A stretch of 64,000 nt of DNA from the human T2T-CHM13v2.0 reference genome, Homo sapiens: assembly GCF_009914755.1 (NCBI RefSeq), contig NC_060936.1; one strand, written 5' to 3'. Positions 44,750-59,602 of the stretch are shown here, piece after piece. Position 1 is the stretch's first letter. Each line of letters starts with the position of its first letter. A program made the position numbers and the translations under genes. Below the pieces are notes generated by a model. It ran no database searches and was not told where the DNA came from. It was given only the letters and a program-made list of their open reading frames with translations.

Positions 44750-47319
44750 TGTAAGTCTTTTTAAACTGTGCATTCCATTGCTAAATTCCAGACTCCTGGC
44801 AGTCTGGAATTATAAGGGTGCAAGTGGTTTACTGGAGACAGTAATCGTATCCTGATCATGCCCTGTCTCAGAAAGATAAGAACGAGGGAAGAGATCATAA
44901 TGGGCTACAAGAATTTGAAGGGCTGTCATGTAGAAGAGTGAGCAGACTTTGCCTTTGGAGTTACAGAGGAGAGCATTTGGAATGAAGAGTGAAAGTTTCA
45001 AGGAGGCAAATTGAACCTGGAATGGGGCTGCCAGCCTCATTCGATGGTGAGTACTCTGTGACTAGAGATATCCAGGGAAAATCAGATGGCTCCTTCTCTG
45101 GGATGGAGTGGAGGGGAATTGTGTTGGATAGGAACTGGTCTATAGGACATTTAAGTTTCTTCCAAGAATTCTTAGGGGGCAGGGACAAGTTCCGGAGAGA
45201 CCCAAAACAATATACAAGTTATAGTCTAATTATAATGGCTCTAGTCCATTTTGTCTACCCCAAACAAAGCTGATTATCCTTACATGTGTTTTAAGATTGT
45301 ATTTTTTCCTCTGCTATTTGTTGGCTAACCATCTCATAGCTCTGGTTTTTGGTAAATCTAGCAAATACTCTTTCTTATATTTTCTGTTGGTTTGTAGAAA
45401 GGGCTAAAGAACTCTGCCTTCTTTAAGGAGGGGGCCGGCCCTTTCAATTTGGTAAAATGTTAGAGATAGAAAAAAGATAAGTGAAATAAATTCGCATTCT
45501 ATCTCTATTCCTTTTTGCCCCAGTCCTAATGTCTGACTGGGTATCTTTTTTAAAATATATATATAACTGCAAAATAAAAGGCCTCAGGGGAAATATCACT
45601 GGAAGTAAGAGTAGCTTGGATTGAATTTATATCTATGTCAGATAATGTGCTTCAGTAATAGTTATTTTCAGAACTCCATGGGAGTTTTTTCAGTAAACTA
45701 ATGAATGGGTGTCACTGACAAGCTTTCCAAAGCGGAAATTATGTGAAAACTCCCATCTTATGGGAAAGGCTAAACAGAGGAGAAACCCTGGGCTTTTGCT
45801 GGTGGGGGAGGGGTTAATGTCAGTTCTAAAGAAGATTCACATTTTCATTGTTTCATTGAAGCCAATTCAATTTTATGCAGGAAATGGCTGAATGGAATTA
45901 TATTTCTAGGAAGCCATACAATTAAGTAGAAAGCATTAGTAGTTCTTGACCCAGCTCTGCTATTAACTGCCCTGGGCAAGTCCCTATACCTAGCTACATT
46001 TCCACTTCCTAGACTTCAAATGTTCTATGTACATTTACCAATCCATTGAAGATAAATGAGATAGCAGTGATTACAAATGTCGGGTATTGAATTTGCTGCC
46101 ACCTTAAAGCTGTCCCAGGCCTATGGGCTAAAAGTGAAATAAGAACTTCCCTACTTAGTATAATACTTAGTATAAAAAGCTCAGGAGGTCTTATCCCTAA
46201 ATAGATAAGATGTGGAGTGAAATCACTTTAAATAGACCTGATTTATAAGCAGGGTTAGGTTTGGTTAGACATGGATAAGATAAATGTATTGACTATGAAT
46301 GTGTTCAGCTCTTGTATCAAGGACTTGGCAAGTAGTCCTTGGTTAACACCTGCTGCTTTCAAATTTCTGAATGGCTTCCCATCTGAATCTGGAAGTCCTA
46401 CAGCTTTTCTCCTCCAGGGCCTATTCTTGACTTGCGGATGACAACCGTTTTTTTTACAGCCAGCTTTTCTGTTTTGTTCTGCTCCCTCTAGAGGTCCCTT
46501 CCCCTACCTCTGCCTCTGTCCAAATATCTTAATAGTGATATCAAAGAAGGCAGAAGTCAGGTTTTGCCATTTCACTTGAATTCTGCCCCAGAGCCTCTCT
46601 CAGTTTGGAGCAAAGTGTAACTGAGTGTGGTGTAACGAAGTTCTGTGGATGATGTTGATGATGACGAATAGTGGGGAGCGATTTTCACAGCCAGGAGCTT
46701 GGCTCTCAGCTTTTGTGGCGCCTCAGACTCTTCCCTGGGATGTGTAGTGTTCCATGCGGGCAGCATGCTGTGAACAATGAAAATTGTATTCTGTAGTCTC
46801 TTTCAATATGCTGTGACTTGGCAAGGGCTGAAAGCAAATCATGCACCTGCATAACCTTTTCAGCTTGACAAAGAATCTCTCTCACTCCCCCTCTCGCCCC
46901 TCCCTTCCACAGGAAATGCTCCCAGACGACAGCACGAACAAGCCCTAATTAAGTCTTTCCTCAGATCCCGACGTCTTTTCCTCCAACCACATCTTGGGTT
47001 TAGATGTGTAAGTAAGAGGAAAGTGGAGAAATAAAAATCAGGTATAAGACGCAGCTGGAAATTGGGACCTATTTAATTGCAAGTAAAGCCTAAGACCCCG
47101 GCCCTGGTGGCTCTTTGGACAGTTCACATAGAACAAGAGACAGAGTAAACTGATGGAGGAGTTAAGATGCTTTTGATGAAAAAACTGGTTGCAAATTATT
47201 TAAGAACATTTTCTCAGACTTTTTGCGTTTCTTATATTTGTGTCTGTCTCTGAATAGAAGAATCTCAATGTCTTTCAGGATATTTAAGGATCATATACGT
47301 AAGGTGCCTCATGCTTCCT

Positions 47320-47463
47320 TGAGAAGTCTATGAACACATCCTTACAATTATATGCAAAATTTTGGGCTTTGTTTACTTATCTGAAAAAGAGAATCCACAG
47401 ATTTTATAACGTCTCCAGGGAGTTCAAGACCCACCGCTTTCCCCAAAGTTTAAGAACCACTGG
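47320..47463. mobile_element. hAT-Charlie non-autonomous element (MER103-like)
   Basis: ATATGCAAAATTTTG...AAAGTTTAAGAACCACTG terminus. Confidence 0.5.
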
Positions 47464-47818
47464 TATTATAGAAGAGAAAGAATAGGTCTAAAACAAAATC
47501 TGGAAGGATGGCCACGTCAGGAAGCCACAAAGAAAGAGTGGAGCCTATGAAAGTTAGAGAAGGATGAAATTCCCAGGCATCCCCATGGGAGACAGTAGGG
47601 TGGTGAAGCTCATGCACTGTGGAATCATTTCATCTGAGCTCACAGTCTAGTGTCTCCATCTATTAACTGTGCTGGCTGTGTGCCCTGGGGAAGTTACCTC
47701 TCCAAGCCTCAGTTTTCTAATCTATACAATGGGATGATAGTGCCTACCTCAGAGTTGTTGCAAGGATGAAGTGAGGCTATCCATGTAGCATGCCTCTCTG
47801 CCTCCCTATTGGTATGAT

Positions 47819-47835
47819 GTGTGTGTGTGTGTGTG
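47819..47835. repeat. (TG)n microsatellite
   Basis: Read directly. Confidence 0.85.
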
Positions 47836-49159
47836 CATGTGTTGTCTCTGCCTCTACACATGTATTTTCCATTTTCTTGTCCACATTATGCCTCTTTCTG
47901 GGCTGACTGAAGATTCAAGAAGGCTCTGAATTCTGTTCTGCTGTTTTTTTCTGATTTCTTTAGAAAAATAATCAGTGTGAGGTGATGTCCTTGGCTGAAT
48001 ACCCCCAGCTCCACTAGGACTTGTCTTCCAGCCAGGCTGAGAGCCATGTGTTTGAGCTTTTCCAACCAGGGTAAGGAGCAGTAGATGTTAGGAGCCTCGT
48101 GCTTAGAGCCAAGTGAACCAGCTTTTTCTGGGAAGGAGAGACCAAATCATCCCTGGGAGGATAGAGCCTGTCTTCTGCAGTGCCCCAGATAGCAGCAGCC
48201 TTAGCTGCTGCCTCTGTGGCCTACTTCCTTTTGTAATTTGCACAATAGGCCAGAAGATGGGGCTCTTGACCCTGGAGTCAAGGGCCAGAGGCTCTGACTT
48301 TTTCCACATTTGTACTGGAGAGAAGTCAGATCCACCAGTCCTCCCAGGAATCACCACTACTTCTCAATTCCTTTCCCTACCCTACCTACTCCACTTCTGC
48401 CATGGCTGGGACTTGCCTTCCAGGGGAGTGGGGGATGTGGGCACATCTTTCCTTTGGCCACCATCCTCGGCTCCTGAATTACCACGTTGCTAGAGTCAGT
48501 CTTTCTGACGCCCTGCCTCAGGTTTCCCCCTCTAATCCATTCTCCCCTAAGGGCAGATTTTGGAGATGGTACAATTTTTATAGGCCAATACAACATAGTG
48601 GTCAAGAACTCTAGAATCAGAGAGCTTGTTCTTGACTCGTCTCCTCAGGTGAATCTTTCCCCACCTCCTCAGAGAAGCTCTCCCTATCCCATGCCAGTTA
48701 CTCTTGATCACATAACCCTTTATTTACTTAACAGTAGTGATTATAACTAGCGGTTATCTTGTTTGATGACTTGTTTACTTTCTCCCACTTGATTGTAAGG
48801 CTTATGAGGCCAAGGACACTGTCTTAATTGCTGTTTTCCCAACACCTAACATAGGGCACGATACATAGGTTCTCAGCAAAAGTGTTTTGAATTAATAGAT
48901 GAATGATGGAATCCCAGCTTCATGACTGCCTGACCTTGAGTAAGTTGCTTAACTTCACTGAGCCTCAGTTTTTTACCTGTGAAATAGAAAAAGAGTAGAG
49001 ACATTATGACTATTAAATGACACAATGCATTTATACCACTAAACCCAGGTTCTGGTGTGTGGAAGTTTTCCCTAAAGCCTTCAGCGTCCTGCTTTTTATC
49101 ATTTAAGAAAAATAAAGTCTGAATGAATTAGCCAGATCTCCACAATTTGATCACGGCCT

Positions 49160-49585
<426 letters not shown>

Positions 49586-50550
49586 TGAGATGCTTGCTCT
49601 TCTTACCTTGGGTCAGCTAAATCTTACCCATGTTTTCAGACTTAGCTCGAATCCATGTCCTCTGTGAAACCTTCCTGAAGATCATTTTCTCTTCTGAATT
49701 TTTGCAATCTTCATGGTTTATATAATATTACTCATTAACATATATCCTGTTTCCCTGATAAGCCTGTTAAGCTCCCTTGGAGATATATATTTTAGATTTC
49801 TCTGCCTCTACAGTGTTACTTGGGCCTGTTCATTAGTAGGTGTTCAATACATTTTTTATTAGATTGAATTAAAAGCATTCATATTTACTAAGTACTTTCT
49901 ATGTGCCTGGGATTGGTTGAGGCTCTGTTGAGTATACAGAAGGGCATAAGAAAAATAATCATTGCTTTCAAAGAACTTATAATATTTTAGTAAGCTAAAG
50001 TCAACATATAAAGTACTTAAATAACCACAGCATGACAACTGCTATAAGAAAGGTATGAAGTGCCTTGAGAATTCTGGGGAGGGTGAGATGACATCTGTTA
50101 GGGGTATCAGGGACAGTAGAATAAAGAAAGGCTTCTTGGAAGAGGGTGGCTTTTGAGATTAACTTTGAAGGATGGTTAAGATTTTGATGGACAAAAATGG
50201 GGATGAGGGTAGGATGTGAATTCCAGATTCAAGATGACAGGATTAGTAAAGAGATTGATGGAGTGTGTGGCAATGAACACTAAAACGCAGAGACTAGACA
50301 GGAGGCTTATACAGGACATCAGAAATACAATTCTGCTTCAGGGATACTGAAGCCCAACCTTGTTTCCAATTTCAGGACCAACACAAAGGATGGTAAGCAG
50401 GGGTGGAAAGTTTTAACATGTATCAGACTACCTTCCCCAACTGTAGCTTCTTTAGGGGCTGAGAATTATTTGCAACAATTCTTCCCCTGACCCCAATTTG
50501 GACCTACCTGAAGTCTGGTATGATAGTGCATATAAAACAAAAGGCCCCAT

Positions 50551-50895
50551 GGCCGGGTGCCATGGCTCACGCCTGTAATCCCAGCACCTTGGGTGGCTGA
50601 GGCGGGCAGATCACCTGAGGTCAGGAGTTCCAGACCAGCCTGGCCAACATGGTGAAACCCCGTCTCTACTACAAATACAAAAAAATCAGCCGGGCGTGGT
50701 GGTGGGGACCTGTAATCCCAGCTACTCAGGAGGCTGAGGCAGGAGAATCGCTTGAACTGGATAGGCGGAGGTTGCAGTGATCCAAGAACACGCCATTGCA
50801 CTCCAGCCTGGCCAACAAGAGTGAAACTTCGTCTCCAAAAAAAAAAAAACAAACAAAAAAAAAAAACAAAAAAAAAAACAAAAAAAACCCAAAAG
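50551..50895 (+). mobile_element. AluS with long patterned A-rich tail
   Basis: GGCCGGG start; tail of A-runs punctuated by C. Confidence 0.92.
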
Positions 50896-51449
50896 GTACC
50901 TTTCTTTTTCTTGAGGAGAGAGGGTTGCTTCGATTTTAGCCAGCCTCTCTTTTCTTATAAATCCAAATCAAATTTAATGCATTATTCATGATATTCTAAC
51001 CTTGTGTTAGGTCAGTAGTTCTGTTGCTAAATAATAGTTTGCCTTAGATCATTTCCTGGAAAAGTTCGAAGCCTTTTTGTGGAATTGCTTCAACAGTCAT
51101 CCTTAGCTCAACCCTGTCCGTGTGTTTTGCTTCTGACTTGAGACTCAAGAAGAAGACCTAAGTCATAGTGAGACTGTGAGGGAGCCTGACACTGCCTGCC
51201 TTCTTCAATTTAATGCTCTTTAATCTGGCCATTAGCTCAAGGAAAAACAATTAATTTTAGAAGGCCCTCTCCCCTCATCCGCAATTACCTCCTCCTGCAA
51301 TCGCGAAGGATGTTTGCCCGGAATTTAAACATCATCTCCCAAGGAATGAAATCAGAATAGGCAAAACCGACACTTTCCCAGTTTTCAAGGGTCAGGTGCA
51401 GCTGCAAATAGAAGCAGAGATTTTCTAGCAAGCAGTTGGAAGGACCTTC

Positions 51450-52200
51450 ACGCCCAGAGGCCCCTGAAGGGAGGGAGGCGGTTTCCAAGGCAACCGGGCC
51501 CGGGAGCGGTTGGCTCCCCGGCTCCTCCCCCTCCCCGCGGTAGCCCAGGGTACCGCCGGACAGCGTCCTCCCGTGCTCCGCGCCCTGATTGGCTGCGCAG
51601 GCCTCTCGCTGATTGGTTGCGGCGGATGCCTCGCGGGCCGGTGGCTATGGAGGCGGCGGCGGTTGATGGTTGACCGTTGGCTCCGGGGTGGGGGTCGCCG
51701 TTCGAGTGATCTGCTCAGACCCGACCAGAGGGCGCGGGCTGCTGATGCTTGGCTTGGAGCCCGTGGGGGAGACCTAGTTCGGCTCCGCCATGCCGGCCGC
51801 CGGGAGTAACGAGCCGGACGGCGTCCTCAGCTATCAGGTAGGGCCCCGCCTCCCGCGCCTCCCGCTCCTCCCCGGGGCGCAGCCTCCTCATCCTCTGCCC
51901 ACCCTCCTTCCTTCTGCCCCCGAGCCCAGGCTTCCCAGGCCGCTCCCTGAGGGCGAGGGGAGGCCAGCCCGGGACACCAGGGGGCGCTCCGGGCGGTTGG
52001 GGACCAGGCCAGGGCTGCGAGAGAGTGACCTTGGGCCGAACCTGGGATCTGGCCCATCTCTGCCGCATCCCTTGCGCCGCCCGCCCAGGAGCCCTGACAG
52101 CCGGCGGGCGGCGACCTCTTGTTCTCCTCGCGTCTTTCTGTTGGAAGGGGCCGGCGTCTGGCCTCGCGTTGTCCTGCCAGAACGTGGGCAGAAAGGGTAG
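51450..52200. promoter_or_regulatory. CpG island / main SLC4A8 promoter
   Basis: High CpG density, two CTGATTGG (inverted CCAAT) boxes with ATTGG at 51588-51592 and 51612-51616, and an X-box-like element at 51481-51494. Confidence 0.9.
51790..51837 (+). CDS. SLC4A8: Na+-driven Cl-/HCO3- exchanger NDCBE, first coding exon (16 codons)
   Basis: Kozak CCGCCATG, translation MPAAGSNEPDGVLSYQ (recognised NDCBE N-terminus), phase-0 donor CAG|GTAGGG. Exon 2 was not found in the window. Confidence 0.92.
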
Positions 52201-52514
52201 CAGGGACCTTGCTCTGGTGGGGCACGTCTTCTCTTTGTGTTTTTATTTCTGGGGGTTTCTGGTTCCTCAGTGGTTCAGAGGAAAAGCCAGAAAAGACTCT
52301 GGAGGCTGGGACCAATCCCTGATAGGGTGACCCGGTTTGTGACTCCCTCTGCCCCATTGAACAGACACCTGAAAACTTCTGGGTAGGGACTGCAAACTGG
52401 GCTGAGGATGTGTGGAGGGGTCAGGAACAGGTGCTTATTTAAGGGAATTAAAAAACCAAGGTTAAGTAACTGGTATTGGAACTGTTGGGGCGGCTAATGT
52501 AAGGAAAAGCATTG

Positions 52515-52715
52515 GACTAAGTGTTAGAGTCTGTAGTTTGAAATCCTACCTCTGCCTCACACAAACTTTGTGACCTTGAGTAAGTCACTTGCCTCTTTGA
52601 ACCTCAGTTTCCCCAGCTATTAAAATGGGAATAGTTATGTCTGCTTTGCATGCTTCACAGGGTTGTTTTGAGGATCAGACGAAGTGCTGTTTGTGAAAGG
52701 GCTTTGTGGAGTAAT
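52515..52715. mobile_element. MIR
   Basis: TGTGACCTTGAGTAAGTCACTT...CCTCAGTTTCCCCAGCTATTAAAATGGG...CACAGGGTTGTT. Confidence 0.8.
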
Positions 52716-53109
52716 GTTTATTGTGTGACACTCAGTGAATGAGTGGCAGCCCATTGAATTCTCACTCCCCGTTTCCTGTGCAATCAGATGGTGTGGTTTC
52801 TGCCTTGGAAAGAGGGTTGGAAGAGGAGGCAAGTCTGAAGTACAGGGCTCTGAAGAGGGTAATGGGCCATCTCAGGAAGGATGACACGTCTTGGAAACAA
52901 GTGCCATGTTGACCTCAGGGATGGTTTCCCCGAGGAGGCAGGGAAAATATCCTGAGTTTGCAACAAAATGAATATCAGACACTGACTCTCTCCTCTTCTT
53001 CCTGGTTAATAGTTTGCTACAATTAATAGAAGATACATCCTTCTTTCCTTGCTCTGTCTGAAAAGAACAATATCTAAGATTTTGGAAAATGCATATCTAA
53101 CCCCCTTAA

Positions 53110-53645
53110 AGCCTATTAAATGTATTCAATCTCTGTTTGGGATACAATGGTAAGAAAAAATAGGCAATGTTCTTGCCCTCCTGGAGCGTATCATTTAGTG
53201 GGGGAGGGGAGAAGTACTATTTTTAATCAAATATCACACAAATAAATATCATAAACTGTGATAAATGCTTTGAAGAAAGATAGGCAGTGCCATAAGCGTG
53301 TATAACAGTGGTTCCAGACATGGTCTCAGAGAAGATTTTGCTAAGGAAGAAAATCTGGGCAAAGAGCTAAAGGATGAATAAATGTTAACTGAGGGAAGAG
53401 GGGGATCACAGGGCCTGAGAGGCAAAGAGAACAGCTACACAAAAGACCTGTGGCAGAGGGGGACACACCTGGTTAGAGACCTGAAATGAGGCCAGTGTGG
53501 TGCAGCAACAAGGAGCGATGAGGGGAATGGTATATGAGATGTGTTCTGGGGTTATAACACACAGGGCCATTTGGAGCCCATGCTGAGGAAGTTGACATTT
53601 ATCTGAGGAACAAGGGGAAGCCACTGAAGGGGTTTAAGTAGAGGG
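53110..53645. mobile_element. L2 fragment
   Basis: TGCCCTCCTGGAGC...AAAGACCTGTGGCAG...GAGGCCAGTGTGG...GGGAAGCCACTGAAGGGGTTTAAG. Confidence 0.65.
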
Positions 53646-53717
53646 GAAAGGGGAGAGAGGGGGTCTCTCCTAACCGGGAGAGAGAGAGAGGGCATGAGAG
53701 AGTAAATGAGATCATGA

Positions 53718-54039
<322 letters not shown>

Positions 54040-55697
54040 CAGATTTTCCTACTGAAAGATTTCTTTGGCTGCAGTGGGGAGAATAGGTTGGAATGGATGT
54101 GAGGATACAGTGTCCTTAACATGCAGAATGTTTACAGGTTATATTATTGAGGGCATCATGACCCTTAGGTTTCTGTTAGTGTTCTGTGAAATTAGTAATT
54201 CTTGAGTACTTCTGGAGTAGGATAGAAAATATCTCCTTTATATCTAGTTTGTGAAACTTTCTTGGGTGGTAGGGTGAGGAGAAGAAAAGGAATACAATGG
54301 GAACAGTAGGACCTCATGAAGGCTGGAGTCAGGTAATAGGCAAATGGAAATTTGAGAGATAGGGAGGAAAAGAGAATGAGGGTAGAAGGAGGAAAGGAAA
54401 TGGGGATGACTTGGGGGAGAGACAGTCAACTGACTGGCAATGACCAATTAAACCTTCTATGTGCTAACTAGGCTGTGTGGAGATGGGCCTTGTAAAGTGA
54501 GCAGATTGTGTAACTTGATGTAAACAGAGAGGTTCCAGACATCACCTCTAAATATCATAAGGCTGTGCTGTTTTGGAAGATGTGAGCTACTGTCCTAGCC
54601 TTCTAACAGTTCCCTCTGCTTTCTTTCTTGCCCTTCTGTAAGACTACTCTCCACATGGCAGCCACAGGGAGCTTTTAAAAACACAAATCAGATCATGTCA
54701 CATCTTATCTTGAAACCCTTCAGTGGCTTCCTGGTGCCTTTTAGAATAAAATCCAAACTCTTTATCATGGCCTACCAAGCCTGAATACAATCAGGCTCTT
54801 GTCCACCCTCCCAGGACTGCCTCTCCTCCACTCTCTTTCTTGCACCTCCTCTGGCTTTCTGTTTCTTCAATACAGTAAGTCTTGCATACCTCAGGTGGGT
54901 CTTGTGCCTGTCATTCCCTCTGCCCAGGATGCTGTTTTACCCAGGCCTTCTCATGATTCAACTAGAATGTCACTTCCTTAGAGTGGCTTTCTCTGAACCT
55001 TCATCCCAGTCACTCTCTTTAAGATGGTCCTGTTTTATTTTCTTATAACATATGACTTACCTGAAATATTCTTCTTTTGGTTTCTTGTTTATTATCATCT
55101 CAGTTAGAAGCTTCTTGAGGGCAGGGGACAAGCAGAAAATCTTCTCACCTAGCACAGTGCCTGGTATAAAATTGGTGCTCAATTGCATAAGTGAATGAGC
55201 AGCTCTCCCGTATCCAAAGCCAGATGCCTCCCCTTAAGGAGCTCAAGGTCTAGTCAGGATTGGCACAGAGTGACAGATGGCCATTACTTCATTACACAAC
55301 ATCTCTTCCCTCTATGTTGTGCCTTTGCTCAGGCGTTGAAGCTGGAAAATCTTTCCCCTCCTCTCCGCCAAGAATATTCCATTTTAACCTTCAAGGTCTG
55401 GCTCCATATCATTCTATTATATTCGTCACTCACTCTCCCCTGCTCACAACACCTACCAAGTACTATCTTCCGTGAACCCTGACTTGTGGAATATACATAT
55501 TCATCTCTGCTGCTCACCTGACAGCTCCATTTGCTGTTACTGTTAACTTTTATTGAATGCTTGCCATGTGCCAGGCACTATGCTAAGTGTTTTTCATGCA
55601 TTATCTCACTTAATGCTCTCTATAACCCTGAGAATTATGGAACTTTATTATTGTTTTCCAAATGAGAAAACAAAGATAATAAAGAGGTTAAGTAATT

Positions 55698-56012
<315 letters not shown>

Positions 56013-56293
56013 ATAGAGAGGTTAAGTAATTCTAAGTGCCAGGGTTGCTTGTGGCCCTGCCAGACCCAGGGCTGCATCTCTGCAAAGGATGTGCCCTTAA
56101 TCACTGTGCATTACTGTGGCTGTGTCTTTGTTGCCTATAACAGTACCTGTCTCTGAATAAGCACTCACTAAGTGTTTGGGAAGGCAGGATGGGAAGAGAC
56201 TGCAATGAGGGAGGCCAGCTAGGAGGCCATTGGTATAATTCAGGATGAGTTAATGAAGACCTACATTAGTCATCATTTTGATGAGATCTCTGA

Positions 56294-56609
<316 letters not shown>

Positions 56610-57690
56610 GGTTATTGAAATTTTAAGAGTCAATGAGCTTTTCATAGGGGGTAGTAATAGAGGAAGGAAGTCAGAAAGCTTTAAGGAAAGCCCCTACTTT
56701 GGATTGGAACTGGGGACACCTGGTATCTTCACAGTTCTCCTGATAAGCACTTTCAGAACAAGCAGAAGGAAGTGTTGAAAGAGAAAACTGGTGAGATTGG
56801 AACTCTCAGCATTTGAGCCAAGTGGTGCTGGGGACTGAAGGAAAGTTCAGGGAGGGTGAAAATGGTGGATGGGGAAGCAAGTGAATTTGGGCAATTACCA
56901 AGGCTTTTATGTGGATCAGGCCTGCTCAGAATGGAAAATTTTGCAGAAATCTTCACAATAATAAACCCTGGTAAGTGGGTGATAATTGAGAAACATGGCT
57001 GATAGGAGTAGAGTTACACCCCATGTCTTATGATGGACCTGAAAAAGCTCTAAGACAAGAGTTCTGAAGGAGACCTGGATTCTAGTGCCCAGTGACTGTG
57101 GCACATGTTGGAGCTCAGTAAATATTTGCTGAGCGAATGAATGAATGGCTCTACAGGGAGTGCGTCAACTTTTCTGAGGGTCATAGCCAGTTTATGGTAA
57201 GCAGTCAGTAAATATTTGCTCATATTATTTAACAAAAGTATCAACTGTAGATAGCAGTTTCTCCTCTCACTACATTGCACATACCCCTCCACCCTCTCCT
57301 CACACATACTAGGTATTCTTTCCATGTGAGAGAATTGGGGAACCTGTGGGCATTCTTTTTATCTGGTTTTCCCAGATCTGCTAGGGAGCTTCAGTAGGAG
57401 AGATGTGGGCAGACTTGTCAAGCAGAGACTTGAGCAGAGAATTGGGGACAATTCAGACTGCAAATTTACTTCCTTCAAAATCTGTAGATAATCGTCTTAG
57501 CTCATGGTTTGCCTTGGCAGGGTAGACAGGGTCATGGTAGTAATCAGGACACAGAAAAGCAATTGTGTCTATTCTAAATCTGCTGCCAGGTAACAGCAAC
57601 AGATCTTAGATAATGGAGAGGTTGGTTGTTTCCCATAGGTAGTAACAAGTTTACTGGTCCTGGTCTTGGTAGTCAGGAAGTCATAATATA

Positions 57691-58213
57691 TGTATTGGTT
57701 TTCAATTTCTGCCATAACAAAGTACCACATATTTGATGGCTTAAAAAACACAAATTTATCCTACAGTTCTATAGTTCAGAAATCTGATACAGGTCTCACT
57801 GGACTAAAATCAAAGTGTTGGCGGGACTGTTTCTTTCTGGAGGTTCTGGGAGAGGATCTGTTTCCTCGCCTTTTCCATCTTCTAGAGACTGCCTGCATTC
57901 CTTGGCTCATAGTTCCCTTCCTCCATCTCCAAAGCCAGAAACATAGCATCTCTCAGAACCTGCTTTTGTCATCACATTTTTCTCTGACTCTAGTCTTCTG
58001 TCTCTCTCTTTCACGTTAAGGATCCTTGTTATTACACTGAGATTACATAATGGTTTTCATAATTTAGGATGATCTCCTTATTGTAAGATCAGCTGATTAG
58101 CAACCTTACCTCCGTCTCCAACCTTAATTCCTCTTTGCCATTATAAGGGAACATATTCACAAACTCTAGGGATTAGGATGTGCATCTCTTTAGAGGACTA
58201 TTAATCTATCACA
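57691..58213 (-). mobile_element. MLT1D/E-type MaLR LTR
   Basis: TGTATT...CTGCCATAACAAAGTACCACA...CTAAAATCAAAGTGTTGGC...GGGATTAGGATGTG...CTATCACA. Confidence 0.8.
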
Positions 58214-58928
58214 GTGTAACCTATACTGAACAGGAGTGACTCCAAGTGGGGTTCAGCAAAAGAATCACTGAGAAGCCAGAGCCATTTTGGAATTTTAGGC
58301 CCCTAGCAGGCTGCTGAAGGGTTAGAATGGGAAGCTCATGGGTATTCAGGAGCTCATGGCCACTGAGAAGAGGAAGTCTGGAACAGCTGCATGAGTCCTT
58401 GTGGAATTTTTTTTTTGTGGCTATAGGGTGTTTTCATTCAGTAAGAAAGTATTTGAGGGCATTGGAGAGTTGGGGACCCGTGGGTCAGATTTGGTGATGG
58501 ACTCCCCAAAGGGCCAGCATTCTGAGGCTCTGCTGGATGAAGAGGAAGATGGAAGTGAATAAGGAGATGAAGAACTATTGGAGGTCTGGTCAGTAAAGGG
58601 CAGTTTGGGGTGCAGGGTTCTGGAGCGCCAAGGATTTAAGAAGGTAATAATGTGGATCTTAAGCTATTCTTACTGTGGGCATTAATCCATGATTAGTCCA
58701 TCTGACTAAATGGTGAGGTTCTTTGCTTTTGGCAATCTTAGCATACTGACTTACTAATGTTAGTAAGGAACACAGACTTGATTAGAGTTCTTATCTCACT
58801 TAGCTTTTGTGAGATCTTAGCCTCAATTTAGAACTGTTTTGAGGATTAAGTGAGGCAACATATGTAAAACACAATGTGAGGTATATAAGTGTATTACCTC
58901 GGTTTGCTGATTAGAAACCTTGGAAATG

Positions 58929-59602
<674 letters not shown>

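Noticed and set aside
46152-46175. TACTTAGTATAA x2 tandem duplication
   Set aside because: Ordinary slippage duplication with no supporting context.
46644-46780. Possible C/D-box snoRNA (TGATGA motif)
   Set aside because: The motif lies in a (GAT)n-like run, and I found no suitably placed CTGA D box with a terminal stem.
51547-51567. Possible REST/RE1 site (GGACAGCGTC)
   Set aside because: Only the right half-site matches; the left half and spacing are poor.
51838-52357. Extension of the SLC4A8 ORF to 136 aa and antisense ORFs
   Set aside because: Read-through past the GTAGGG donor into GC-rich intron 1.
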